Shown: positions 1 to 11,998 of the stretch, one piece after another | How positions within the stretch are numbered: position 1 is the stretch's first letter | How the letters are laid out: each line of letters opens with the position of its first letter | Assembly (NCBI GenBank): GCA_965202585.1 | Contig: OZ241832.1 | Span: forward strand, 60,698,001 to 60,762,000 | Reading direction: 5' to 3' | Length of the DNA stretch: 64,000 nt | DNA from: Thalia democratica | Lineage: Eukaryota | Position numbers and translations under genes: made by a program | The notes under the pieces: model-generated | Told to the model about the DNA's origin: nothing | Seen by the model: the letters and a program-made list of their open reading frames with translations, nothing else | Database searches by the model: none

Positions 1-1233
1 ATAAGACGTTTTTTGAAAATAAATACTTGTTTGACTTTACTTGTCTTGTTATTTTTTATAAATTTTAAACGAAAATTTTAATTTGCTATTTACTTATACA
101 ACTTCACATATTGAAAAAATAGACAATGTTTGAAACCCTTTAAAACTAAGCAGTTTAAAACTTTTATTTTATTCTTTATATATAAAAAAATCTGTAAATT
201 TTTCGAAACTTTTATTATCACTTATCTACGTAAATGGGTGGTAGAATAAAGGTCCTGCACAAAAATAAAGACTAAAATTCCTAAATTTAAAATATTAATG
301 AGTTTTAAATGATATATCATTTATTACAACTACCATTATTACTTGTAGTTCAATAAATTATACGAACAAGAGTAACTGATGACCCCTTGTGGTATTTCAA
401 AAAATTGTAAAATAGTAAATCTACTACATAAATAATATAAAATTTATACAGTACTTTCTCTTTATAAAGAAGAAAGAAAAAATAAGTTGATAAATTTGAT
501 AAAGAAAGAATACTGTTTAAATTTCTTATTGTTATATATTCAGTTAACTTGTTTCGCTAGGATCTCTATTAGCAAACAATTAATATTCAATTTTGTATAG
601 TTCTACTACATTTATCTACTTAGATTGTAAGTTTATCACTGTAACTTTTTTATTCGAAACCATAAGTATGAGATCATTTAAAATAAACATTCAAGTTTAT
701 AGATGGTTGTGTAATCTATGATGTCTTACTGCTTTATAGCCATATTATAACAGAAACAAATTAAAATTAAATCCTGATATTTTTTAGTACAGATTTTATT
801 ACTACTAGAAAAATTATATGATCGTTTATCATGTTATACTTGACAACTAATAAATTTTTAAAACTTAAGTCTTTGAAAAATAAAATCTATACAACAATTG
901 TATCATTTCGTAAATCAGCAACAAAAAAAATGTCCAATTGTCTTTATGAAAGTTAAAAATATGAAACATTTATCTTTTAAACTTAAGATAAAATACAATT
1001 TTTTTATCAGTATAATCACTTTTTTATGTAGATAATTTTTTTATCTTAATGTAAACGACACTTTTATATGAGAGATAAGAACAAGTTAGGCATTTAAAAA
1101 TGTTTTAGAGTTTATTACTAAGGTTTGTTTATTACTCATCAGCTAAAATTTGATTAAAACTAAACTTTTCATTTCTTTTTTGCTCTCTTATCAACAACTC
1201 CAGAATATCTAGTATAACTTTCAAACTATGACC

Positions 1234-1315
1234 TCATGGCCCCCTGTGGCTCTTTTCTCCTTTACTGCTCATGGCCACCTGAATATATATCATGGCCCAC
1301 TTTGGGAAACCATGA
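1234..1315. mobile_element. Single hAT/Charlie-like terminus remnant
   Basis: Three TCATGGCC repeats ending ggcccactttgggaaaccatg, resembling a ...TTTGGGAACCACTG-type 3' TIR; no partner TIR found. Confidence 0.3.
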
Positions 1316-1523
1316 ATGTAAAACATACTTTTGTTGAAGGCCATTATTAGTACTTTTGGTAAATTAGCCAGATTGGATGGGCAGTATTTCTAGGAATCAG
1401 TACATAAAAATAAATAAGCACAAATATTTACTCGGTTAACCGAACATGGATATGTTCAGATAACCATGTGAAACCATAAGTGGATATTATTTTGTACAGT
1501 TAATCGAAATATCCATTGTACAG

Positions 1524-1658
1524 ATAAGCGAGGACACGTGGCTGATAGGATCGGGGCGGGGAAAGTTGGAAGTTGACGAACTGACCGGGCAGCAGCAGCT
1601 CGTCATGGACGGTGGACAGGGCGACCATTGTCCGAACGGGATGAGTAGAAAGACGATT
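1524..1658 (+). CDS. Penultimate coding exon of an MRH-domain protein (GNPTG/PRKCSH/OS9/M6PR-like lectin domain); earlier exons lie upstream of the window
   Basis: Acceptor ttgtacag| and donor |gttagt; 135 nt, phase 0-0, GC3-rich. Translates ISEDTWLIGSGRGKLEVDELTGQQQLVMDGGQGDHCPNGMSRKTI and joins in frame to the 5467 exon to give GDHCPNGMSRKTIILFEC, a typical MRH G-D-x-C...R...I-x-F-x-C segment. An in-frame alternative acceptor lies 24 nt upstream (1499). Confidence 0.8.
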
Positions 1659-2152
1659 GTTAGTTTAAAATAAAAAATAAAATGTTTAAAAAAATATTTG
1701 GTGACCATTCTCCTAATGGGATGAGTTGGAAAACTTTTGTAAGTTATAAAAATATATATATATATACCACAGATGTTTTTGTGTAAAAACTTTATTCCGA
1801 CTAACGGCGTTTCACTGCTCCCAAATAAATTTAAGAACAGATCTACGTAGTCTATAAAATATTAACACACATTAGAAAAAAAAGTCCGCCGTCAGTCGGA
1901 ATAAAGTTTTGACACAAGAACATCTGTGGTACATATTCCGATAAGCTTAGCTTATCAGGATCTCCAGGATTTAACGCCTTTTAACGTTACATCTTATCTT
2001 ATATATATTTATATATATATTTCGCGACCATTGTACTGATGGGTTGAGTAGAGAGACTATTGTTAGTTATAAAAATATCAAAAAAATTATATACATGTAT
2101 AATTTTTGGTGACCATTGTCCCTATGGTATGAGGCGGAAAACTATAGTTAGT
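1620..2152 (+). repeat. Four copies of a ~80-bp unit made of the last 39 nt of the MRH exon plus the donor site and intron start
   Basis: Copies start at 1620 (real exon), 1700, 2023 and 2108; each reads gGYGACCATtgTcc-aATGGgATGAGt-G-AA-ACtaTT|gtWagt. Confidence 0.9.
1765..1931. mobile_element. Tc1/mariner-type MITE
   Basis: ~45-bp near-perfect TIRs (ccacagatgtt-ttgtgt-aaaactttattccgact-acggcg ... cgccgtcagtcggaataaagttttgacacaagaacatctgtgg), flanked by TA on both sides. Confidence 0.85.
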
Positions 2153-3093
2153 TATAAATTAAAAAAAATGTGTCAAATATTTGGTATTTAATTGTATAAG
2201 TAGATAATTATTGGTAGTTTTTTTTAATTATTTATTTATTGTTTAGTAAATTGAGTTGTTGTCAAGATATTATGAATAATAAATCTTTTGTTAGTTTTGT
2301 TCAATTAGTTATTTAATTGTTATAAATATTTATAAATAAGGTGACAATTGACCACAAAGAATAACAAAAACTGTTGTTAGTTTTATTAAATATTTATTCT
2401 TTATAATTGTTTAATATTTAAGTTTACCATATGCCCACAGTGTTTAAACTAAACAATATTTGTGTAGTTAAAAAATCAAAAAAGTAATAATACTTGAAAA
2501 ATTATATAATGTGCTATTTAGTTGTAACAAAGTTTATTTAATGAGTTTTTAATATCTAAACTAGTTGTTATTTGCAAATTAGGCAATAGATAGTTCATTG
2601 TTAGCTGCACATGTGAATGTGTATTTATAATTAAATTATTACTTTAATGCAATATATTCTATCTTTTTAAATATGATTTTTATACCAAAGATGAACATGT
2701 AAATAAGTTTTAAGATTTAAAAAAAAATATATAAAATGTGTTGTTATTTATTTGCTATTTTATAATGAATTACTATAAATTATTATTCATTTGTTTATGT
2801 ACTTTGTAGTATCTTTGTATAGATTAAATGAAGTTGAAATTTGTTATTTTGTACAGTTTTTTATTATCCATGTTATTAATATAAATAAATTAATGTATAT
2901 TATACAACAATAATACAATTTTTCCCAAGTAGTTTCTTGTATTTTTAGTTTTAACATGTACAATACACTTTGTTAGTTCAAAATAAATTAATACACAATA
3001 ATAAAGTACATTTTAGCTTGCAAACAACTTATGCAAAACAAATAAAATTGAAATTTTTATGTAAAATATTTTGTCCTTTCTATAAGTCAGCTT

Positions 3094-3311
3094 GTATACT
3101 TAAAGGTCAGCCTATTTTGCATATTTGCTGAGTCACAAAAAAAGCTTTTTTTCATGCATTTTTCATTTTAAATTGTTAAATTTTTTTTTGACTAATTTTG
3201 ATATTTTTTGGTTAAGGCGAGTTAGGTTTTAAGGGTACAAGTAAAAAAAAAAAACTTTAAAAGAACTTGCTGACTCTGCAAAATTCAAATCAGATTGATC
3301 TTTAAGTATGT
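3094..3311. mobile_element. MITE-like element, copy 1 of a local pair
   Basis: Imperfect ~35-bp TIRs (gtatacttaaaggtcag...tttgctgagtc / gactctgcaaaa...gatctttaagtat), internal ggttaagg..gttagg..aagggtacaa; homologous to 3806-4030. Confidence 0.7.
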
Positions 3312-3805
3312 TTCCTAAATAAATTTAACAACCAAATTAAGCAATATATTTAAATAAACAACTTAACACTATGTGCATCAAGTTGGTAATCATATAAACC
3401 TTTATTATATATAAATGTTAAAGAATCTTTCTTAAAGTTTAGTCAACAATTAACTCCAAGAATGATGAAACCTCATTAAAATTAAATTTAATTTTACATT
3501 AAATAAACTTGAGAAAAAATATTATTTTAATACTTATGTGTTTTAAAATATTATATTTGTTGTTAAAAAGCAAGTCGCAAACGTAATATAAGGTCTATTT
3601 CGAGTAAAACCATCAAAAATTATTTAAAAAATAGAAAGTATCTGAAGTGTTTAGTGACGTAGTTAACTAAAATTTGTGAATGAAAACCAAACATTATATA
3701 TAATTACTTGTCTTCGTTTAAAGCAAACATAAAGAAGAAGTTTGTAATGCACAATTTGAAAACTTGTAAATACAAGTTGATAAAATTAAAACTAACTAAG
3801 AGCTG

Positions 3806-4030
3806 GTATACCTGAAGGTCAGTCTGATTCGCCTATTTGCTGAGTTAAAAAAGCTTTTTCATGTCATCTTTATTTATAGTCATTAAAACTTAACTTTTTG
3901 GTTAAGTTTTAATATGTTTGGGTGAGGTGGGTTAGGGATAAGGGTACAAATTAAAAAAAAAAATATATATAAAGGTGTAAAATTTTGCTGACTCAGCAAA
4001 TATGCTAATTAGACTGACCTTTAAGTATAC
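3806..4030. mobile_element. MITE-like element, copy 2
   Basis: gtatacctgaaggtcagtctgatt-gc-tatttgctgagt ... actcagcaaatatgctaattagactgacctttaagtatac; internal gggttagggataagggtacaa. Confidence 0.75.
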
Positions 4031-4982
4031 TTTCCCTAAATAAGAGCTATCTTTACAGTATTAGTTTTCTCATTGTAAAATTTTGATCAACAAAATGCTT
4101 TTTGTTGTTATTAAAATCAGCTATTTATGAAAAGTATTAATGTTTCAAATTGTTTTAAATGTCTAGTGCAATGAACAATTATAATTAAATGATATAAAGA
4201 TATTAATAAAATATCACCTAAAATATTAAGCTTCAATAATCGAGTATCTTTGACAACAAGACATAGTTAACTTTACATAATAAAGGTTTTGTTATACTAT
4301 CGTCTTATTTTATTTTCCCACAATATTTGCAATAGTCGTATTAGCAGTAAACAAAAGCTTTATAAGTGTACCTGTTCAAACGTAAATTTATTGAGCTTAA
4401 TTTGTAAAAAATAAGTAGTAGTATAAGTGTAAGATATCAAAACTATTTCGACAGCTAGATATACAAATAGTCTTATTATGGCAACCCTGCAATGTAATGT
4501 TTTAGTTTTTTTTTAGTTGACCAGTAAATTCTTGAAAAATATAACTCAAATCGATTAAATTGATATAAATTTATACAAATTTATAAAGTATAAATGTTGT
4601 TGTGTTTTGCCATAGCTTATTTGTAGTTGTTCATACTTTTATTATAGAGAATGGTTACGTTTTACTTGATTTTTTTTATTTAAAGTAAACTGAAATAATG
4701 TTAATGATATGGTTTCTATAACTTTTGATGTTCAAAAACTTTACAATTTTAATTGTTATTTCAAGTTATTATTCAATTCTACAAATATTAATAGAACTCA
4801 TTGATGCAAACAATGTAAACTTTTCATCTTGTTCAATTCATAAAATTTAAAGCTTGTTATTTTAAAGTAAAACTATTTAAACATAATATTAATAATTGCC
4901 AAGTTTAAAAATGATATACATTGGAAATACTTCACATATTATATTTGAATGTTCAAACAGTTAAATGTAATATAATGAAACG

Positions 4983-5295
4983 GGGCGGGTCAGTTTTGCA
5001 TAAGTGACACTTTTGCACAAGTGACACTTTTGTACAAGTGACAGATTTGCACGAGTTACACTTTTGCACGAGTGAAAATTTTGCACGAGTGACACTTTTG
5101 CACGAGTGACTATTTTAAATAAGTGACACTTTTGTACGAGTGACTATTTTATATAAGTGACTATTTTGCACGAGTGACAGCTTGACACGAGGTTAGTGTT
5201 AGGAGTAGGGTCAAGGTCAGGATGAATACGTGCAAAATGTCGTTGTGAATAAAAAACGACGTGCAAAGTGAAAACTCGTGCAAAATGTCACGCCG
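4983..5295. mobile_element. Non-autonomous element with an internal 17-bp minisatellite
   Basis: 11 tandem copies of TTTTGCACGAGTGACAC (4993-5179), then ggttagtgttagg..agggtcaaggtcagg and inverted copies (gtgcaaaatgtc). The ends ggcgggtcagttttgca / gtgcaaaatgtcacgcc are imperfect inverted repeats. Confidence 0.7.
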
Positions 5296-5466
5296 ACTCT
5301 ATAAAAAATATTCATTTTATTAAAGCTACGTTTTCGTAATGTAAAACTATTTACATGCAGTATACAATAATTGTAAAATAAATAATACATATATCAATAG
5401 CTTCACATATATAATTTAAATGTTCAAATAATGTTTTTTTTTTTTAATTTTATAATATTTTTACAG

Positions 5467-5601
5467 ATATTATTTGAATGTTCAAATAGCGAAACAGAAG
5501 TTCATTATGTGAGCGAGAAATCAACTTGCGTTTACCAAATAAAATTGAGAACTCCTGTTGTATGTGATATTGATGAAAATATTGAAGAAAATTTTGAATG
5601 A
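5467..5601 (+). CDS. Terminal coding exon of the MRH-domain protein
   Basis: ttttacag|ATA...TGA; ILFECSNSETEVHYVSEKSTCVYQIKLRTPVVCDIDENIEENFE*. It matches the MRH C-terminal pattern C...VSEPSTCVY...TPxxC (compare GNPTG [20 protein letters not shown]). The Arg, Glu and Tyr mannose-binding positions are present (R in SRKT, E in VSEK, Y in CVY). No KDEL/HDEL. Exact orthology is not resolvable from this window. Confidence 0.8.
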   Translation: MLFECSNSETEVHYVSEKSTCVYQIKLRTPVVCDIDENIEENFE

Positions 5602-6095
5602 TTAATTAAAATATAAGTTAGTTTGTATTGTAATAAATAATAATCAACTTGCGTTTACTCCATTAAACTGAGAACCCCTGTAGTGTGTGATATAGATGAA
5701 AATATTGAAGAAAATTTTGAATGATTAATTAAATTATAAGTTAGTTTTGTTATTAAAATGAAAATTATTAACTTGTGTTTACCAAATTAAATTGAGAACC
5801 CCTGTAGTATGTGATATAGATGAAAATATTGAAGAAAGTTTTGAATGATTAATTAAAATATAAGTTAGTTTTGTTATTATTATAAATATTAAATCAACTT
5901 GCGTTTATCAAATTAAACTTAGAACCCCCTCTAATTTGTTATTTTGATGAAAATATTCAAGAAAGAAATGATTAAAATACTTATTTAGTTGTAGTAACAT
6001 ATTGATATTTTTAACTTGTGTTCACTAAATTAAAATGAGAACCCCGTCTAATTTGCTACTGAGATTAAAATATTCAAAAAAGTTTAGACTGATTA
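5518..6095 (+). repeat. Five tandem ~117-126-bp copies of the 3' half of the MRH terminal exon (including stop) plus the start of the 3' UTR
   Basis: Units start at tcaacttgcgttt / ttaacttgtg at 5521, 5644, 5768, 5894 and 6011; divergence increases with distance from the real exon. Confidence 0.9.
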
Positions 6096-6434
6096 ACAAC
6101 TTAATATCTATAACAGTTGTCGATATAAAACAACTATATATACCTATAGGAATAAATTGATTTTATATGGTTGAACTCCAGCACTTTTTAGATACGTGCT
6201 GGTCTAGTCAAAAAAATACAGTTTTGATTACAATAATTAAAACTGATTAACAAGTTAAAACAAAAGTTAGTTATATAAAAGCTCTATATTTATAGTTTTG
6301 GTACTTTGTTCTATTTTAAATTTGGTAAATTGTGCTGTACAATTTAAAAGTAAAGTAAAGTATTGTATATAAATAAGATATATATCAAATAAATGTGTAT
6401 ATTTGTTTAGTTGATTATATAAAAAAACTTTAGC

Positions 6435-6488
6435 TTTACTGATGAGTATATGAGGTTATATATCTCATATACGAAACGGTCGTATAAA
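6435..6488 (+). ncRNA. Minimal type I hammerhead ribozyme motif (Penelope pLTR-type)
   Basis: TTTA-CTGATGA-GTATATGAG[gttatatat]CTCATATAC-GAAA-CGGTCGTA-TAAA: intact core, 9-bp stem II, short self-complementary stem III, GUA cleavage triplet, 4-bp stem I. Confidence 0.8.
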
Positions 6489-9400
6489 CCTATTGTTTTT
6501 TATATAACCAAATAAATATTTAGCTCCAATTCAAATTGTCGAGCGCTATCGACCAAAACTTAAAAAAAACTATTAATTTATATTTTTATATATTTATATA
6601 TATATGCAATTAATACAAACATACTTTACACGTATTTCAGACTTGACACTTTATGCACAAAGTTTTAACATTTAAATTTTAAAGGTTAAATATTATATCT
6701 ATAAATACACTTGCTAAGTTTTAAACTTTAGCTTTTTAGTTGTGTGTGATGCTCTAAAAAGCTGCAATAGTGTCTTTTTAAATTTATTCAATACTCTTTT
6801 TTAATTGATTGAAATTTATCATTTAACTCAAATATACTTTTACAGACTAGGAAAGAAATCAGAATATCAAAGTTGCAATCAGACTTCAATTTATCCTTTT
6901 TTTTTTGAATTTTTTTTTCTTAAGTAAAAATTTTAAAACTTTGTTTATTCTTCTTCCTAGCTAATCTAAAATTTAACTATCAAATTTCTCTATTAACTCA
7001 AAAATTCAATCTACCTTCAAGTTACTTTCTTGTTCATTTTAAATGTTTCTATTTATTATAAAATAAGTGCAACCCTCTAATTTATTTTGTCCACTTAGTT
7101 AGTATAAAGGATTAACCTGTAACTTTAGTAGTTAATATTAATATATATTTTTGTGTTTTATGTTCTAAATTAAAAGCTTTACTTTATTTGATAAGCATAT
7201 TTTTCAAAGTCTATGCTTTTATTTTCTTAAGTTTAAATTTCGTATGTTTTATTGGTTTAGTCTAGTAAATTAAATGTTATTTAAAGAATTGACAATAATT
7301 TGCTTTATTTAAAAACTTTCTAACCTAAGAAGCAAATATTTTCAACAATTATTCAGTTTTGTAAAAAAAAATGATTTATTAAAAAAACACTTGTGAAGAA
7401 TATTAACAGCAACTTGCTTTAAGAAGCTGTGTTTTGATTTATTTTAATGATTTTTGTGTTTTTCGTTGAATGTTGTTCAAGTTTTTTGCTTACTTTTGTG
7501 CTGTATCAATTCAAACGAACAACTTAAAAAACTGTAAGTTTAGTTTGTGCTTTAGTGGTTTTAGTGTTTTTTAGTATTGTTACTATGCAATATTAGAAAA
7601 ATAAAATTTGGTAACATTAATTAATATTATACAAATAGTTTAAAAAAATACTCTGTTTAAATGATTAATTATATGACAATGCATTTTTGAATTAAATTGA
7701 GGTACAAGTTTATTTTTTTATTATTAAACTTTTTATCAAAAATAAATAAAAATGTTGTAATAGAAGTTATTCAAACTAGAAATAAATTATTGAAACTAAC
7801 AACAGTTGTATGGTATTTTAAGCTTCAAATTGTATTAACATACGGTTAAAAAATATATAAATAAAAAAATAAATACATTAAAAAAAAGTTCAAGTCTCTT
7901 ATTTTTCTTACTTTAAGGGAACTTTCATTAAGTTAGAAAATTAATTAATAAAATAGTTTCAATGACTTTAAAAACATAATTTATTAATTTTTCTGTTTTG
8001 TATAGCAATTTCGATTACTTTTTCACAAATAACACAAAATGTAATAATTAAACAAAAAAACTATTTTTTAGTAAATTTAGGAAGTATAATTATTATTCCT
8101 CAAATATTTTCTTTGTTTTACATTAACTTATGTATAAGTTACAAAGCAGAATTTTCAAAAACAATATTTATTAAAAAAAAAAGTGATTGGAAATTCTTCA
8201 GATAGAAAACAAGTCAGTTAAGGTATGATAAAATATATTTACAAGTTTTAACTTTTTCAATTAGCTATAAAATATAATTTATTCTTTAGCTGAGATAACT
8301 TTTAAAATCGAAAACTGTTTAACAACATTAGTCTTTTTATTTAAACTGTTCTCCTATTCATTTTTATTATTCTAAAATTAGATTTTTTATTTAAAACTTT
8401 TTTTAATATTAATAAAATCCTTTACAAAACAATTAATTTAAAAGCTTTTAAACTCCAATAAGAAGACAATTAACTTTCCAAACAAAAATAAGTTTTTTTC
8501 TGCCTTACATTTATTCCAAACATGTCTACAAAATTTGAAACGTGCAACAGTTAAAATTGAGAGGTAAGTCTCGTTCATAAATATAAACTTAAACAGTTAC
8601 AAATTAAAAACACTCTTTTTATAACGTTTATCTTTTCTTGTATGTTGTAAAACAACTATCAAGAAATTTTAAACCAGATGTCCCAAAATTGGCCATTAGC
8701 TGCTAAGGCCATAAAGGAGCCATGATTTGAAATACTATGGAGTTGGTGAAGGAGAGCCAGAGAAGGAAGTCTTGTTGGAGGGGAGCATTGCTTTTTACTT
8801 TTTTTTTCCAAAGGGGTGTTGTAAAAAACGTTTAGGAAACCCTTTTCCACAAAAGTTTTACAATGCCTATTCAAAGTACTACTTTTAAACACATAAAAGT
8901 AATAAGCTTTTATTTTAGATTGCAAATAAGAAGTATTTATTTTTTATTGCAAACAAAAAGCATTTATTTTGAATTGCAAAAAAAAAAATATTGTTTTTTA
9001 TTCCAATAAAAAGCACTTATTAAGTATTGCAAGTAAAAAAATTAATATTTTATACTGCAAATAACAAGCTCAATTATGTATATAAAAACTGCCCAAGCTT
9101 TAAAACATTTACTATTAAACTTTATTTATAGTAATGTATAGTAGAAATAATACAACTTATTTTAAATCTAGAATATGATAACTTCTAATAGTAATCTAGC
9201 AGAGTGTTAACTTTATTTATTTTATAAGTCAGGGCCGTTTTTGCCATATAAGTAACTATTTGCCTACTACTGTAAAAGAATAATAAAATCTACTCCTTTA
9301 TTTGTGTTTTATTAAATATTTAACCTGATTACTAGTAAAAAATGTTTGATAAAACTTTGCTACAATAAGGCAGTACATAATTATATTTATATACAAAATA

Positions 9401-11010
9401 AATTTATACTAAAAGGAAAAGTTATAAAAAGAGACCTTTATACGAACTATTTTTTTAACAAGTTTAATCTTACCAGTGTTCTTAAAAGTGGAATGTTTAT
9501 TGACGTCAAAATAATAAACTATTAATTTAAATAATCATAAGAACTGTTACGAATTAAACAAGCACACCCATAAACGTTTTAACCATTTACTCAGATAATA
9601 CATGAAAAAAAAAAGAAAAAAACTTCATTTGAACACAAACTTTAATGATGGTTTACTAAAAATCTTAGTTATATATTAGTTATGTATAAACTGAAACTTA
9701 TAAAAGTATGTGTATATTTTACATAAATCAACACTTTTAAACTATGTCAATATACTTATGGTGACTTTTATATACACTTTTATTCTTGTTTTATACAGTT
9801 TGTACTTTAAAAAAAATAAAAATTATTTTTAAGTTTAAGTGCTACAAAATACTATTGTCAATACTGTTTAAAATAGAGATGATCTATAAAGAATAAAAAA
9901 TACCTGAAGATTAAGTTAAATATTAAAACTAAAGGCATTAGAACTATAGTTGTGCTATTTGGTAACATGAGCTGTTTTCTAAAGGTACAAATGATATTAA
10001 AAAAAAAGTAAATAAAAACCAGGTAATATCTTAGGATACAAGCACTTTAAAATGAAACAATTTGATCTAGTAAAAATCTTTGTTTTAATACTTTCAAGAA
10101 ATTATCAGCATAAAAAGTAATTATCCGTAATAAACGGCTTAATAAAACCTTTTTTTCTTAAAAATAATACCTTTCTGATAATTTAAGTACTATTTACTAC
10201 TCAATTTATAAAATATAACTTATTTTCTATACAAGCACTTAAAAGATTATTCATTTAATCAGATTAAATAGTGACTAATGTTAAAACAAGCTATCTGTAG
10301 TCTTTTAAAAAAAGCTACTACAAGTCCTTTTAAATAAAATCATGAACAACAAAAAAGCCCTAAAGATAATTGGTCCAACGACCTGGTGTACAAAAAATCG
10401 TTTCGGTTATCGAGTCATACACCACTTGGGTACAGTTTAACGTCTTGTCCAGAAAATGTAGGTAAAAATCTACCCTAATTTATCTACTTTTTTGTTTTTA
10501 AAAATGTCAATTTATTTCATGCTACTTGACTTGTAAATAATAGCAACTAATAAATAAACTATGTATTTTAAAAAATTTAATAAAAACCCATCTCTATCAT
10601 CAATATAATAAAAAATAGTGACTATTTGAGGTAAGTTATAAAGGTTAAATACATTCGTAAACAACTTGAAGTTTATTTTTATTTTCAAAATCTCTAAAAA
10701 TATTCTATGAATACAAATTACTTATTATTGTCAAGTTAAAATCACAGTTTTTAAAATATTTTATTTTAGTAAAAAATAAAAATGATAAATGTGTGAGTGA
10801 GTTTATAACCAAAGTTAAGAGCTTTGTTTAATTTTAAAATAATAAAGATACACTAATAAAACTAATAAAAGCAAAAAAAAAAAAAAACGTTTTTGCAATG
10901 TAAAACAGCGTAAAACAAATAAATGAAATATGTGCAAAATTAAAACGATGCGATGGTAGCATAAAAATAATATCACATTTAAGGTATTTATTCTTTCAAG
11001 ACTTTATTTT

Positions 11011-11045
11011 ACAAACTAAGTTTCGGTCAAAGACCTCGTCAGTGC
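11011..11045 (-). ncRNA. Degenerate minimal hammerhead ribozyme motif
   Basis: Minus strand reads gca-CTGACGA-GGTC[ttt]GACC-GAAA-C[tta]G-TT-tgt; core and stem II are intact, stems I and III are weak. Confidence 0.5.
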
Positions 11046-11759
11046 TTAAATAAATCTTGTTCAAATCCAATTTTTCCTTTAGTAATTTTTTCTAAAGATC
11101 TCTTTATTTGTTTTCTAAAAATCAAAATATATGACAACCAAAATATAGTAGAAATGTCAAAAAATTTAATTTGTTTGCACTCGACAAAAGAGATCGAAAT
11201 TTGCTTTGAGTTTAGAAGATAAGAGAAATTAAGTTAATTACTTTTTTTTCGAATTCAGTTTGATGAAAGAAACGTGTAAAAAACTACAAACAAGTTTTTA
11301 TCTGTTTTGTATAATGTTCAAAAATATATGAAAACATTTTTTTGTACTACCTTGCTATATTTAAACACAAAATATTTGAAATAAACTGAAGGATTTTATT
11401 ATTTTAAATATAATTTAAAAGCCTTATTTTGAATAAAAACTTTAATACCATTGAAAATTGTTTTTTTTTAACAAGTTTGTTTTAGTTTATTACTGTAGCT
11501 ATAAATTATTTCAATCGATTTTTCTATAAAGAAAATAAAAGTTATAAATCTTTACTTGTAAACATTAAACTTAAATCAAATGTTAATAAATTTGATAAAA
11601 TAAGCTTATAAGCTAAATATTAAAAAAAGAAGTTTGTTTACAATATTCTGTTAAAGTTAACAACGGAATCATATTTTATAAATATATTTGTATTTTTTAA
11701 TTTTTAAACTAAGCATAGCAAGTGTAAGGAAACTAGTTAAGTTGAAACTTTTATTGAGT

Positions 11760-11998
11760 AGCAACAAGTGTCGATTTAAGCGCGCTGGTACAAAATTTCG
11801 GTGTTCAACGAGGCGTGAAATTCGAACAGTGAACATCAGCAATTCAGCACACAAGTCTCTTCATTGTTTCTATTCAGCCGCTCATAAGTGATTGGAGCTA
11901 ATTTAATTTAATTAGGTGTTTCTTTATTGTTCTTTGTTGAGCTTTTGTTCTAAGGAATTACAATTGTTTATAAGAAAAAGTGTGATAATTGTAGTTTG
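11760..11998 (+). promoter_or_regulatory. Candidate distal promoter and non-coding first exon of the E-protein gene
   Basis: CpG-enriched patch in ~20% GC surroundings, ATTGG (reverse CCAAT) at 11891-11895, candidate donor ttg|gtaatt at 11999, ~0.7 kb upstream of the ATG exon. Confidence 0.4.

Noticed and set aside
1487-1708. Minus-strand 73-aa ORF; also a possible GC-AG donor at 1621
   Set aside because: The ORF is the antisense shadow of the MRH exon. The exon continues in frame to a GT donor at 1659 that restores the MRH motif.
4993-6095. CRISPR-like appearance of the 17-bp and ~125-bp arrays
   Set aside because: No unique spacers, no cas genes and a eukaryotic context; these are tandem repeats.
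6178-6208. CCAGCAC/GTGCTGG hairpin followed by CTAGT (Helitron 3' end?)
   Set aside because: The hairpin abuts CTAG instead of lying ~10 nt upstream, and no 5' TC end or second copy was found.
8659-8925. 88-aa minus-strand ORF in a locally GC-richer patch
   Set aside because: No recognisable domain in any frame and no convincing splice sites; probably an old repeat fragment.
10366-10461. Exon-like open stretch (DNWSNDLVYKKSFRLSSHTPLGYSLTSCPENV) ending tag|gtaaaa
   Set aside because: Weak acceptor, no homology recognised, and it cannot be joined to either gene model.
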